From a bacterium (GTDB lineage Bacteria; SAR324; NAC60-12): a stretch of 27,047 bases of DNA. The stretch lies in NCBI GenBank assembly GCA_965233585.1, contig CBDDTI010000058.1:1-27047 (forward strand), in the 5' to 3' direction. The position numbers were made by a program, and so were the translations under genes. Below are positions 8,967 through 18,701 of the stretch, one piece after another (position 1 is the first letter of the stretch; each line of letters begins with the position of its first letter). The notes beneath the pieces were generated by a model that was given only the letters and a program-made list of their open reading frames with translations, ran no database searches and was not told the origin of the DNA.

Positions 8967-9662
8967 TGTTTTCCATGCTATTTTCCTTTATTTTTGTCAT
9001 TTTTCCGCACATGCAATAAGGCTTTAAGTATAAAACCTCGAAAATTGGAGCAAATTAATGCCAAGATTTTAGATAGAGTGTTTGCTAACAAATTGATTTC
9101 TTCTTATCTTACAACAACACAATTTCTAGTGACACACACATTAAAATAAATTAGTGAAAAATGAGAAAAGATTAATTGTAAAAAGGTCAACAATTAGATC
9201 TTTACAGGCTCCACCCCCTTTTTGCCGTCAAAGAAATAAAGAATGACAATTTTCTAGAAGAAAAAGTTGAAAACCATTAACCGGTAAAAACCATTAACTA
9301 AAGTGGGAAAAAAAGCACGTGCTCCGGAAAGTAATTATTTTACAGAAGATGCGCTAATCCCGGCTCATTTTACCAACAAAAATAATAGGTACATTTAATT
9401 TGAAATATTTTTGAAAACTTTTATAAAAATAATTGCATTTCGATTTTTCTAGTTCCTTCTTGAACTTTCTACCATTAGCTGGAATAAAAAGTTTGTGCCC
9501 TTTTTTCCGCAATTCCATCGAGAATATTCTAGCATTAGCCGGTATATGACTCAAATTTGTATAAAAGCTGATAAGAGCTTTTGGTGAAATCGCAATCCCA
9601 TTTTGTGCAGCTTCACACTCACACCTAAGAAAATAATTACTTTTAAAAACATCGGTCGCGTC

Positions 9663-10890
<1,228 letters not shown>

Positions 10891-11013
10891 AGATGCGAGT
10901 GAGCATCCGCGGCAACAGCCGCGGCAACGGCAGCGACTGCAGCTTGGCTGCAGAATAGAAATCAGATTCGCGGGTTTCAATCAACTTGAACATTATAAGC
11001 AATTTTGTATTTT

Positions 11014-11499
11014 CTAATAAAGCTCCGTTTGCAAACGATTAACTAAATGCTTGACACGGTTTTCATTTTCGCGTAAATTATTTAGATTAAAAAAAGTACG
11101 AAAGTATTGAGGCTTCGCGTTTGCGCATGCATTGACAAACATGCAAAATGCTGCAGCATACCACCCGCAAAATAAAGAATCGAAAGCTTGAATTGGGCGG
11201 TCTAGAACGTGTCTTATCCTGCCGCAATTTACCCATTTTGTTAAAAAATTGATGAGGTGGTGATTATAGGTAGGCACGGGTAGTGCATAGCTGTCAAAAT
11301 AATACAAATAGTTTTGCTTATTGATGAAAAAGGCGATGAAATGACTGCCAGGATGGGTTGAAACTGAAAGATTGATGATGGCGCAACAACAAGTGTTCCA
11401 CAAGTCGGTGGGTATCGTGTCCACAGCGAACGTGCCAATGAAATTCCGACAAAGAGGTGATAAAAACCGATCCAGAAATAAGTTGCTTAATCCGGCCAT
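11014..11499 (-). CDS. Adenain-like cysteine maturation protease
   Basis: Catalytic His (PGSHFIA), Asp (YFDSY), and oxyanion Gln plus Cys (IQAFDSLFCGWY). Confidence 0.93.
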   Translation of the reverse strand: MAGLSNLFLDRFLSPLCRNFIGTFAVDTIPTDLWNTCCCAIINLSVSTHPGSHFIAFFINKQNYLYYFDSYALPVPTYNHHLINFLTKWVNCGRIRHVLDRPIQAFDSLFCGWYAAAFCMFVNACANAKPQYFRTFFNLNNLRENENRVKHLVNRLQTELY

Positions 11500-12833
11500 T
11501 ATCGTTCTTCGGCTCTAATAACTTGACCGTTCTCCTCTATTTTTATTCCGGAATTGAAAATGCTATAAGCCAGCAGGTAGATGGGGTGTGACTGCGCTGT
11601 TTTAAAGCCTAATTCCAAGTCCAACTTGCCTTTTTCGTCAGGGTGGATGTGAAAACTGTTGCAACGATCGGGGGTCAAATCAGCAGTTAGAAAACATCTT
11701 CCTTTCTTAAAAACCCCCGGCGAAATGTCGCATGAACTATTTGAAATGCCGAAACCCGTGCTGTCGTACATGTGTCTGTACAGGTCCATGTAGTTATCAT
11801 CATCAAAATCAGGCTGAAAAGCTTTTGGGAAAACGCATTGTCCGTTTTTAATAAGATTGAAATAATTTAGATCAAAGTGTTGAAAGTTGAACGGATTGAA
11901 CTTGTTGTCGTGCGTCAAAGCCTGGTTGTGAATTAGGGTAAAAATAACTTGTTTGGGCAAAATTTGTGAGGCAATATTTGTGATGGTGTACGATGTCACT
12001 CCAGCCGGAATCACATAAATTTTTAACTGACTTAGCTTAAAGGGTAGATAGCAGGGTTGTTGAGACATTTTCATCCTAAAATTTTTTCTCTGCTGCTCAA
12101 TTGGTAAAACTTTTCTCATTTTTAACTTTAAATCTTTCAAAACGATTTTAAAAGATTTGTCATCCTCAGCGTGAAGAATACCAAAAGCTGGATTGTTTCT
12201 AATGAGCTTAATCTTGATGTCAACATTCGGTGGCATATACTTATCTGTATACATAATATCCGCCCCCAATCGAGAGCAAAAATAGACTTTTTTGCCGTTA
12301 AGTATAATATTTCGACGCTGCATTAAACGCTGATTTATGCCAGGCTCGCTGGCACCGATATCATTTTCTTTCTCTTCAAAATAACCTTCGGCTCTTAGCT
12401 GACTCTGCTTGGTCTCTCTATCAAACGACAATTCAGTTTGAATAAAGTTTTTGAAAGGGTAGGAATTAGCCGTGCTCAGGTCACAGACTTGAGTACCATT
12501 AATGTAGATTTCAACCGCACTAAATAGATTGCTCGCAAAATTATTGACTAGAAAGACGCGGTCGTCAGGTCCGACATTTTCATCCTTCGTTGTCTTGACA
12601 ACAAAATGTCCTATTAATCTGGTCTGATCCAAGATGATGGAACACTCTTCGTCTCGCGGAATAATAAATTCGATCGGTCCGGAGTTTGACACGCTGGAAA
12701 CGCTGTTGTAGACTACATCGTTGCCTTTTTCAAGGCTTATATCGACCCCGAGCGGGGCGTGCAGATCGAGAGCTTGTTCAGTTAAATCATCTTGCTCAAA
12801 GCCGAGACCGGCAATGCCACCCCTTTCAGTCAT
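11499..12833 (-). CDS. Major capsid protein 1 (double jelly-roll, PY-like)
   Basis: 444 aa with GPIEFII, LFSAVEIYING, KYMPPNVDIKIKL, NPFNFQHF and ADLTPD motifs typical of Polinton MCPs. Confidence 0.9.
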   Translation of the reverse strand: MTERGGIAGLGFEQDDLTEQALDLHAPLGVDISLEKGNDVVYNSVSSVSNSGPIEFIIPRDEECSIILDQTRLIGHFVVKTTKDENVGPDDRVFLVNNFASNLFSAVEIYINGTQVCDLSTANSYPFKNFIQTELSFDRETKQSQLRAEGYFEEKENDIGASEPGINQRLMQRRNIILNGKKVYFCSRLGADIMYTDKYMPPNVDIKIKLIRNNPAFGILHAEDDKSFKIVLKDLKLKMRKVLPIEQQRKNFRMKMSQQPCYLPFKLSQLKIYVIPAGVTSYTITNIASQILPKQVIFTLIHNQALTHDNKFNPFNFQHFDLNYFNLIKNGQCVFPKAFQPDFDDDNYMDLYRHMYDSTGFGISNSSCDISPGVFKKGRCFLTADLTPDRCNSFHIHPDEKGKLDLELGFKTAQSHPIYLLAYSIFNSGIKIEENGQVIRAEER

Positions 12834-12902
12834 TGTCGGAAATGTGTGCCAGACCGTAGTTTTCTGCTTTTCTTAAAAAGAGGTCAAGTCAATAACAGGT
12901 TT

Positions 12903-14249
12903 TTAATATTTCACTTTGGTAACTTGAAGGTTGTTGTCGATGGAAATGGCGGCATTATATGTGGCGTAGGAAATCAAAGTATATGGTTGATCGAGAGGCG
13001 AGTTGAAAGTCAAGTCTAATTCTAAATTTCCAGGTACTCCAACGTGATTATGAAAAGATAGGCATTTATCAGGGGTCAAGTCAAACGCAAGAAACATCTG
13101 GCCATTAACAAAAGCGTCAGGTGTAATACGATTCCTACCACCAACGTTACTTTGAAAATGGTCATATAATTCCATATAATCCCCGCTCGGCAAGTGACAT
13201 TCTAGAAGACGAGGCAAGAGGGGTCTCCCATTGTTTTTTAAAATTACTGATGATAACTCGACATGATTAAAGTAAAAGGGAAATCCGTCGTTTGAGCCTT
13301 TTGCAAATAAATCGCTTTTTACTACGCAAAAAATAATTTGTTGCGGCAACAACTCGCTATTGTTGATGTGATTTGCAGAGAAACAGCGGGAACCTGCAGG
13401 CATTAGATAATGCTTCATCTGTGTGTCTTTGTAGGGTAGAAAAAAAGGCTGTCCTTTTTGCAGTTTAGCATTTAGCTTATTTCGCACGCGCTCGTGCGGC
13501 AGCACTTTTCTCATGCGGAGTTTTAATTCTTTCAAACGAATGCGAAAGGTTTTGTTTGGATTATTTTGAATCACACCAAAACATGTGTTAAACCTGCGCA
13601 ATACGATAGTGATTTCAACGTTTGGAGGTAGATATTTGTCAGTGTGAAAAATATCAACAGGCAAAGTCGAGCTAAAATAAACTTTTTTGCCATTCATTAT
13701 TCTCTGTCGATTCTCCGCGACACATTGGCACATATACATTTTACCAGACGCGTCAACCCTGTCATAACATTTGCCGTGGTGCGTTCGACAAAAGCCTTCG
13801 GTCCGCCCAACATTTGCTTTAACATTATTATCGTAGGACAAGAGAAAATCTATGTGATGCTTGTATGTATAAGAAAGAGGAGAACTTAAATCTGCGATTT
13901 GAGTGCCGTTAAGGTGGACTTCAATTTGTGAGAATAGAGCAGTGCAATAATGGTTAGTAATGGTTGTCGTATCAGTTGGTCCTACACCTTCGTCGCTGTC
14001 AGTCTTTACTACAAAGTGTCCCTCTAGCCTTGTCTGATTTAAAACAAAAGCACATTCCGGGTCGGAAGGAATTGAAAACGTGACATCTTCTAAATCTTCG
14101 ACAGGAGTCACGCTACTATATAACACAGTACGACCGGATATTAAATCTTTGTCCTCATAGGGAGTTGCATGCGCATTTAAACTATCACCCTGCAATTCAT
14201 CGAAATCCACAGTTAATCCACCGACACCACCATTAATCAACGATGACAT
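12903..14249 (-). CDS. Major capsid protein 2 (paralog)
   Basis: 448 aa, colinear with MCP1: LFSQIEVHLNG, DKYLPPNVEITIVL, PFYFNH, AFDLTPDKC. Confidence 0.9.
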   Translation of the reverse strand: MSSLINGGVGGLTVDFDELQGDSLNAHATPYEDKDLISGRTVLYSSVTPVEDLEDVTFSIPSDPECAFVLNQTRLEGHFVVKTDSDEGVGPTDTTTITNHYCTALFSQIEVHLNGTQIADLSSPLSYTYKHHIDFLLSYDNNVKANVGRTEGFCRTHHGKCYDRVDASGKMYMCQCVAENRQRIMNGKKVYFSSTLPVDIFHTDKYLPPNVEITIVLRRFNTCFGVIQNNPNKTFRIRLKELKLRMRKVLPHERVRNKLNAKLQKGQPFFLPYKDTQMKHYLMPAGSRCFSANHINNSELLPQQIIFCVVKSDLFAKGSNDGFPFYFNHVELSSVILKNNGRPLLPRLLECHLPSGDYMELYDHFQSNVGGRNRITPDAFVNGQMFLAFDLTPDKCLSFHNHVGVPGNLELDLTFNSPLDQPYTLISYATYNAAISIDNNLQVTKVKY

Positions 14250-14806
14250 TTCTAGACAACAAGAGACACGTTACTGTGACAAATATAAAGTTTAGTTGCA
14301 CAATTATTCTTATTGATGAGGGGCCGTTATCCTTACATAAAGATGTACCGCGAAAAGTTTTTAGTAATTTTACGGTAGTGAGAAAACAATACGTCTACAC
14401 TATTTTCAAGACTCGAAAAAACGACAAATCATATCATGTCAATATTACCAAAGTGCCTTCACGAGCAGATGTAAAAATTTCGCTAAGTCTGCTAACGGAC
14501 ATTATCAGCAATCGTTTTTATGTGAAATCGTGGGAAATAAACAATTTAACTTGTTCTTTCCGCACCAACTTTGAGATACCGCTGCCAGACGTTTTTGATA
14601 AACTTAAAAAGGAAAATTGCGTAAAAAAAATACGCTTTAATCCGGAACGTTTTCCGGGCATGTTTGTGACATTCAAAGCCAACACGGTTTTGATTTTTTC
14701 AACTGGCAAGATGGTAATAATCGGGGCCAAGACCGAAGATGCCGCCAATCATAGTTTGGATTTAATTATGAAATTTTTAAATCAATATAAGAACGAGCAA
14801 ATGTAG
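14243..14806 (+). CDS. TBP: TATA-box-binding protein-like factor
   Basis: The second half INNLTCS...FNPERFPG...TVLIFSTGKMVIIGAKT matches the TBP repeat. The first half VTNIKFS...FSNFTVVR..VYTIF..HVNIT is a degenerate first repeat. Confidence 0.88.
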   Translation: MTFLDNKRHVTVTNIKFSCTIILIDEGPLSLHKDVPRKVFSNFTVVRKQYVYTIFKTRKNDKSYHVNITKVPSRADVKISLSLLTDIISNRFYVKSWEINNLTCSFRTNFEIPLPDVFDKLKKENCVKKIRFNPERFPGMFVTFKANTVLIFSTGKMVIIGAKTEDAANHSLDLIMKFLNQYKNEQM

Positions 14807-14821
14807 ACTCGCGTTTCAGTT
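14786..14821 (+). promoter_or_regulatory. Candidate TATA plus initiator for the TFIIB-like gene
   Basis: TATAAG at 14786 and arthropod-type Inr TCAGTT (A at 14818), a -32 spacing, 29 nt before the ATG. Confidence 0.55.
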
Positions 14822-14846
14822 TTGCATTGCATGTGAAGAAATAAAC

Positions 14847-15545
14847 ATGGCTTGTTTTGTTAATTTCAACAAAACCTGTTCTCATTACAATATTGTAGAT
14901 GATTTTTCAAATGGGTGTGAAGTATGTACAGATTGCGGACTCGTGATGCATGATCAAATTTATGCTCCGTACGACAATCGGCTAGAGTCGTTCAATGTGG
15001 CTTGTGACAAAAACAATTTTTATGACGAGACAATGCAGAGGGTTTGCTATAAGTGCAACATCGAATGCTCAGATTTAAAACGCTCCATCTTTAAAAAATG
15101 GAACGCTAGTGGGAAAAAAAGGAAAAAAGGAGTTTGTTTAGAAAGTTTGGCGATAATGTGCATCTACACCGCGCTAATAGAGTCAGAGGTACCGCGGCCA
15201 ATGAAAGATTTATGTCTCATAACAGGCGTCAAGCAGGACAAAGTGTGGCAATATCTCAAAAATGATGACTCTTTCTACAGCCCCAATTTAATGTGTGAAT
15301 ATTTTCTACATTCATTAAATCTAGGCTACAAGGAGATAAAGGAAATTAGAGAGAAAGTAAAGCAACACGAAAAAAAGTTTGTTTTTTCTCCAAAAACACT
15401 AATTGCTGCATGCGCGTATGTCTTTTTAAGAGAAAAACGAAGTAGGATTGATTGTGAAAAACCTAAAAGCCTATCGCATCTAGCTAGGCAATTAGGAGTT
15501 AGTCCGATGGCCTTGAGCAGGTGCGTCAAAAAAATTGAAAACTGA
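14847..15545 (+). CDS. TFIIB: Transcription initiation factor TFIIB-like protein
   Basis: N-terminal Zn ribbon CSH..DFSNGCEVCTDCGLV. Cyclin repeat 1 LAIMCIY..EVPRPMKDL and cyclin repeat 2 SPKTLIAACAY...LARQLGVSPMAL. Confidence 0.88.
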   Translation: MACFVNFNKTCSHYNIVDDFSNGCEVCTDCGLVMHDQIYAPYDNRLESFNVACDKNNFYDETMQRVCYKCNIECSDLKRSIFKKWNASGKKRKKGVCLESLAIMCIYTALIESEVPRPMKDLCLITGVKQDKVWQYLKNDDSFYSPNLMCEYFLHSLNLGYKEIKEIREKVKQHEKKFVFSPKTLIAACAYVFLREKRSRIDCEKPKSLSHLARQLGVSPMALSRCVKKIEN

Positions 15546-15551
15546 TAAAGC

Positions 15552-15986
15552 ATGCGATTCCACCGTGGTCCGTCCATACAAGTGGGGGCGGGATTAGGTT
15601 CAATTTTTAGCAGTCTTTTCCGGTCGTTGGTTCCGGTGGCTAAGGGTGCCGCAAAGACAATCGGTAAAATTGCAAAAAACGGGGGTGTGCGTTCAGCGGG
15701 TCGATATTTAAAAAAAGAGGTGGGACGTGCAGCCATTGACTCCGCACTGGAAGCCTTGGACGGTAAGGCAGTTGGGGCCGCTGCAAAAAAGAGATTAAAA
15801 TCCGCAACTAGAAACATTCTACTGGCGGGTAAGGCAAGTAGGTCTGCACGAGCGCCCAAGAGACCGCTTAAGAGAAAAAATAGCACGCACGCAGTAGGAA
15901 GCAGCAAGAGAAGAAAAACAAAACAAAAACCGTTGTTTTATGTTGACGACACAGACGACGACTACGACATCGAAGATGATTACTAA
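15552..15986 (+). CDS. Small basic virion core or membrane-active protein
   Basis: QVGAG followed by the amphipathic LGSIFSSLFRSLVPVAK, a K/R-rich body and an acidic tail; a pattern common in Polintons. Confidence 0.75.
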   Translation: MRFHRGPSIQVGAGLGSIFSSLFRSLVPVAKGAAKTIGKIAKNGGVRSAGRYLKKEVGRAAIDSALEALDGKAVGAAAKKRLKSATRNILLAGKASRSARAPKRPLKRKNSTHAVGSSKRRKTKQKPLFYVDDTDDDYDIEDDY

Positions 15987-17055
15987 ACACGAATTTCTAA
16001 AGGCCTACACTTCGCCCGGCTCACCTTTTGCCTTTTCATCTGCAAACCGCGTTTTTAATCATTTTAATGGGTCCATACCAATAAATAAAATAAAGAAATG
16101 GCTGCAGGCATCAGACACCTATACTCTGCATCGGCAACCTAGAGCCCCAAAACCGAGGAACCCAACTTATGTTTATTACAAAAGATATCAATTCCAAATA
16201 GACTTGATCGAAATTGGAAAAATGGCGAAAGCAAATGACAATTATCGTTACCTGCTGACAGCGATCGACATTTTTTCAAGGTACGCCTTTGTTGAGCCTT
16301 TAAAAGACAAGACAGCTTTGGTTTTTTTAAAAGGATTTAAAACCATTATAAAAAAAGCCGGACAGCTACCGCGAAAAATACTGGCTGACAGAGGGTTAGA
16401 GATAAAAAATAAATTTTTCAAAGACTACTGTCGTCGTAATGGGATTACTCTTTTACACAGCGACAACTTTTTGCACGCGCCGTTTGTAGAAAGATTTAAC
16501 AGATCGCTAAAAAGTCTGATGTTTAAATATATGACATCCAGAGGCACAGACCGATTTATCCACGTGCTACAATCTTTAGTAAAGACATATAATTCGCGTG
16601 TGCATAGAATGATTGGCATGAGTCCGGCCGAAGCGGAAAAAGCAAAAAACGCATCAAAAGTCAGGACAAAACAAGAAGAGGTTTATGGAAAAATACAGAG
16701 GCGACCGCCTAAATTTAAGAAAGGTCAGACGGTCAGAATAAGTAAATATAGAGCACAATTCGACCGAGGTTACGATAAACAATTTACGGAAGAAATTTTT
16801 AAAATCAGGCGGGTGTTTACTCGTTTACCCATTCCTACATACGAGTTAGAAACTTTAGATGGTGACGAGTTAATAGAGGGGAATTTTTATGCTAATGAGC
16901 TGACTCTTGTTAAGCCACCAAAAGTATTTGACATTGAAAAAATAGTGAAAAGGAAGAAGGATAAAAGAACCGGGCAGAAGCTAGTGTTGGTGAAGTGGAA
17001 AGGCTATAAAAACCTTAGCTGGATTGCTGAAGATAGCATTATTGATCGGGCGTAA
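15976..17055 (+). CDS. int: Retroviral-like DDE integrase with a C-terminal chromodomain-like region
   Basis: FQIDL (D), LADRGLE (D), VERFNRSLK (E). C-terminus FDIEKIV...LVKWKGY..SWI. Likely ATG is 15976; an upstream in-frame ATG lies at 15940. Confidence 0.95.
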   Translation: MITKHEFLKAYTSPGSPFAFSSANRVFNHFNGSIPINKIKKWLQASDTYTLHRQPRAPKPRNPTYVYYKRYQFQIDLIEIGKMAKANDNYRYLLTAIDIFSRYAFVEPLKDKTALVFLKGFKTIIKKAGQLPRKILADRGLEIKNKFFKDYCRRNGITLLHSDNFLHAPFVERFNRSLKSLMFKYMTSRGTDRFIHVLQSLVKTYNSRVHRMIGMSPAEAEKAKNASKVRTKQEEVYGKIQRRPPKFKKGQTVRISKYRAQFDRGYDKQFTEEIFKIRRVFTRLPIPTYELETLDGDELIEGNFYANELTLVKPPKVFDIEKIVKRKKDKRTGQKLVLVKWKGYKNLSWIAEDSIIDRA

Positions 17056-17060
17056 CAACT

Positions 17061-18653
17061 ATGAAAGGAGGTCATCTTATTTATTGCATCTCGAATGCAA
17101 GCACCGATTGTTTCGAGAACACACTAACGCGTTTCAACAATGTATTACCTCAAAATTTGGAATTAGATGATAGGAGAGATTGGGAAGTAGGGGTTGTAGC
17201 TTTTGGTCTGCATTTAAATGTGAAAGAAGATTTTGTTTTTGACGTGATCCAGGTTAAATCCGACATTGTGTCGACAAGTCCAAACGAGAATTCTCGCATC
17301 TTATGCGTAGCCGATTTACCTTCGAACAAAAAACAGAAATATTTTTACCATAGTTTAAAAAACATACGATATTATCCTATTCAAATCACCTCAATAAAAA
17401 CAGTGGGCATCGAGTTTCTAGACGCGTCCGACAAACTTTTAAAACTAAAAACAGGACAGCCGAGTTTAGTTTTACTTCACTTGCGAAAAACAAAACGTGC
17501 AATGTCTTATTCGACTAAACATATTCGCGTCGACTCAAAAATGAACGACGACATAAAACCTGCGCAGAAAAACAACAATTTTGAGGTACATTTGAGCCAC
17601 CCGATTGATTTGAATGCAGGCGCTAAAATAGCTTTAGCCGACATCTCCTTTCCAAATCGGATTGATAGCATTCCGTTAAGTGTTTTTGATAAGAAAATCA
17701 AAGTAAGTACAGACCCGTTTGAGCAAGAAATCGAGGTCGAACTTGGGCAGCAAAAAACATTTGCTTACTTATTACGTCGCCTAAACGAGGGAAGAGACAA
17801 CGTAGTATGTAATTTTGTCGAATTTGATCAAGTGGGGAAAACAAAAGAATCGACAGACATGTTTTTCCGAGCGATTTACACAGGGCCAACGACGTGCGAT
17901 GATGAATTTAAATTGCATGAGGTAAAAGTGCAAATACCGCCAGAATTTAAAAACATTTTGGGAATCAAGGAAGAATTTATAGTCATTGGACCCGAAAGAA
18001 AAAAATTTATATCACAACAGCCTATGCGGAATCCAGACCCGACAGAATCAATCCCACCCGTTAAAATCAAGGTAGCAATCGAATCAATGCAATTTTGCTT
18101 TTCGATTGAGAAGAAAACTATCAAAACAACGAATGAATTAATTGAGGCCATGTATAATACTATGAGTGAAGATTTGCAAGGACTTATTCGAATTTCCGCG
18201 CATGAAAACCGTTTCAAAGTAGAGCGGAGCGGCAATCAGTACAAACGCTCCTTGGTAGTAAGGTTAAAAGTACCACATGAAATAAGATTATTGCTAGGAA
18301 TAAGACAAAACGAGGATATTGTTTTGACGGATGGAAGCGGACAATTCATAAGTCACGATCGACTTGATCCGCACTATCTATATCCCGGAGTGATGATCTG
18401 CTATGCCAATTTTGTCAATCACTCTGTAATTGGAGACGAGTTTTACCCGGTATTAAAGGTTATACCATTAAATAGAGGCGAGGAAGAAGACAATTATGTG
18501 ACAACACATTTCGATAATTTAGAATACGTAAAGTGTAATACAAGCCGTCTGGATTTATTGCACTTTCAGTTAAAAAGACTTGACGGAGAATCGATTAGTT
18601 TTGAAACCAATGAAAAAATCATGATGAATTTAGCCATTCAAAACCCGAAATAA
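17061..18653 (+). CDS. Minor capsid (penton) protein with two tandem jelly-roll-like domains
   Basis: Domain 1 (aa ~1-145): SNAS..NT...F...LP..LEL...WEVGV...LLHLRK. Domain 2 (from M148): FEVHL..PIDL...IALADISFP...VIGD...PVLKVIP...LDGESISF. Confidence 0.82.
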   Translation: MKGGHLIYCISNASTDCFENTLTRFNNVLPQNLELDDRRDWEVGVVAFGLHLNVKEDFVFDVIQVKSDIVSTSPNENSRILCVADLPSNKKQKYFYHSLKNIRYYPIQITSIKTVGIEFLDASDKLLKLKTGQPSLVLLHLRKTKRAMSYSTKHIRVDSKMNDDIKPAQKNNNFEVHLSHPIDLNAGAKIALADISFPNRIDSIPLSVFDKKIKVSTDPFEQEIEVELGQQKTFAYLLRRLNEGRDNVVCNFVEFDQVGKTKESTDMFFRAIYTGPTTCDDEFKLHEVKVQIPPEFKNILGIKEEFIVIGPERKKFISQQPMRNPDPTESIPPVKIKVAIESMQFCFSIEKKTIKTTNELIEAMYNTMSEDLQGLIRISAHENRFKVERSGNQYKRSLVVRLKVPHEIRLLLGIRQNEDIVLTDGSGQFISHDRLDPHYLYPGVMICYANFVNHSVIGDEFYPVLKVIPLNRGEEEDNYVTTHFDNLEYVKCNTSRLDLLHFQLKRLDGESISFETNEKIMMNLAIQNPK

Positions 18654-18701
18654 AACACGCATTGTATTGGAACACAGCAGAATATAATTTTGTCTGTATT
18701 T

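Noticed and set aside
15326..15907. 193-aa minus ORF with a signal-peptide-like start
   Set aside because: Antisense to TFIIB and the basic core gene. Its hydrophobicity mirrors Lys-rich codons.
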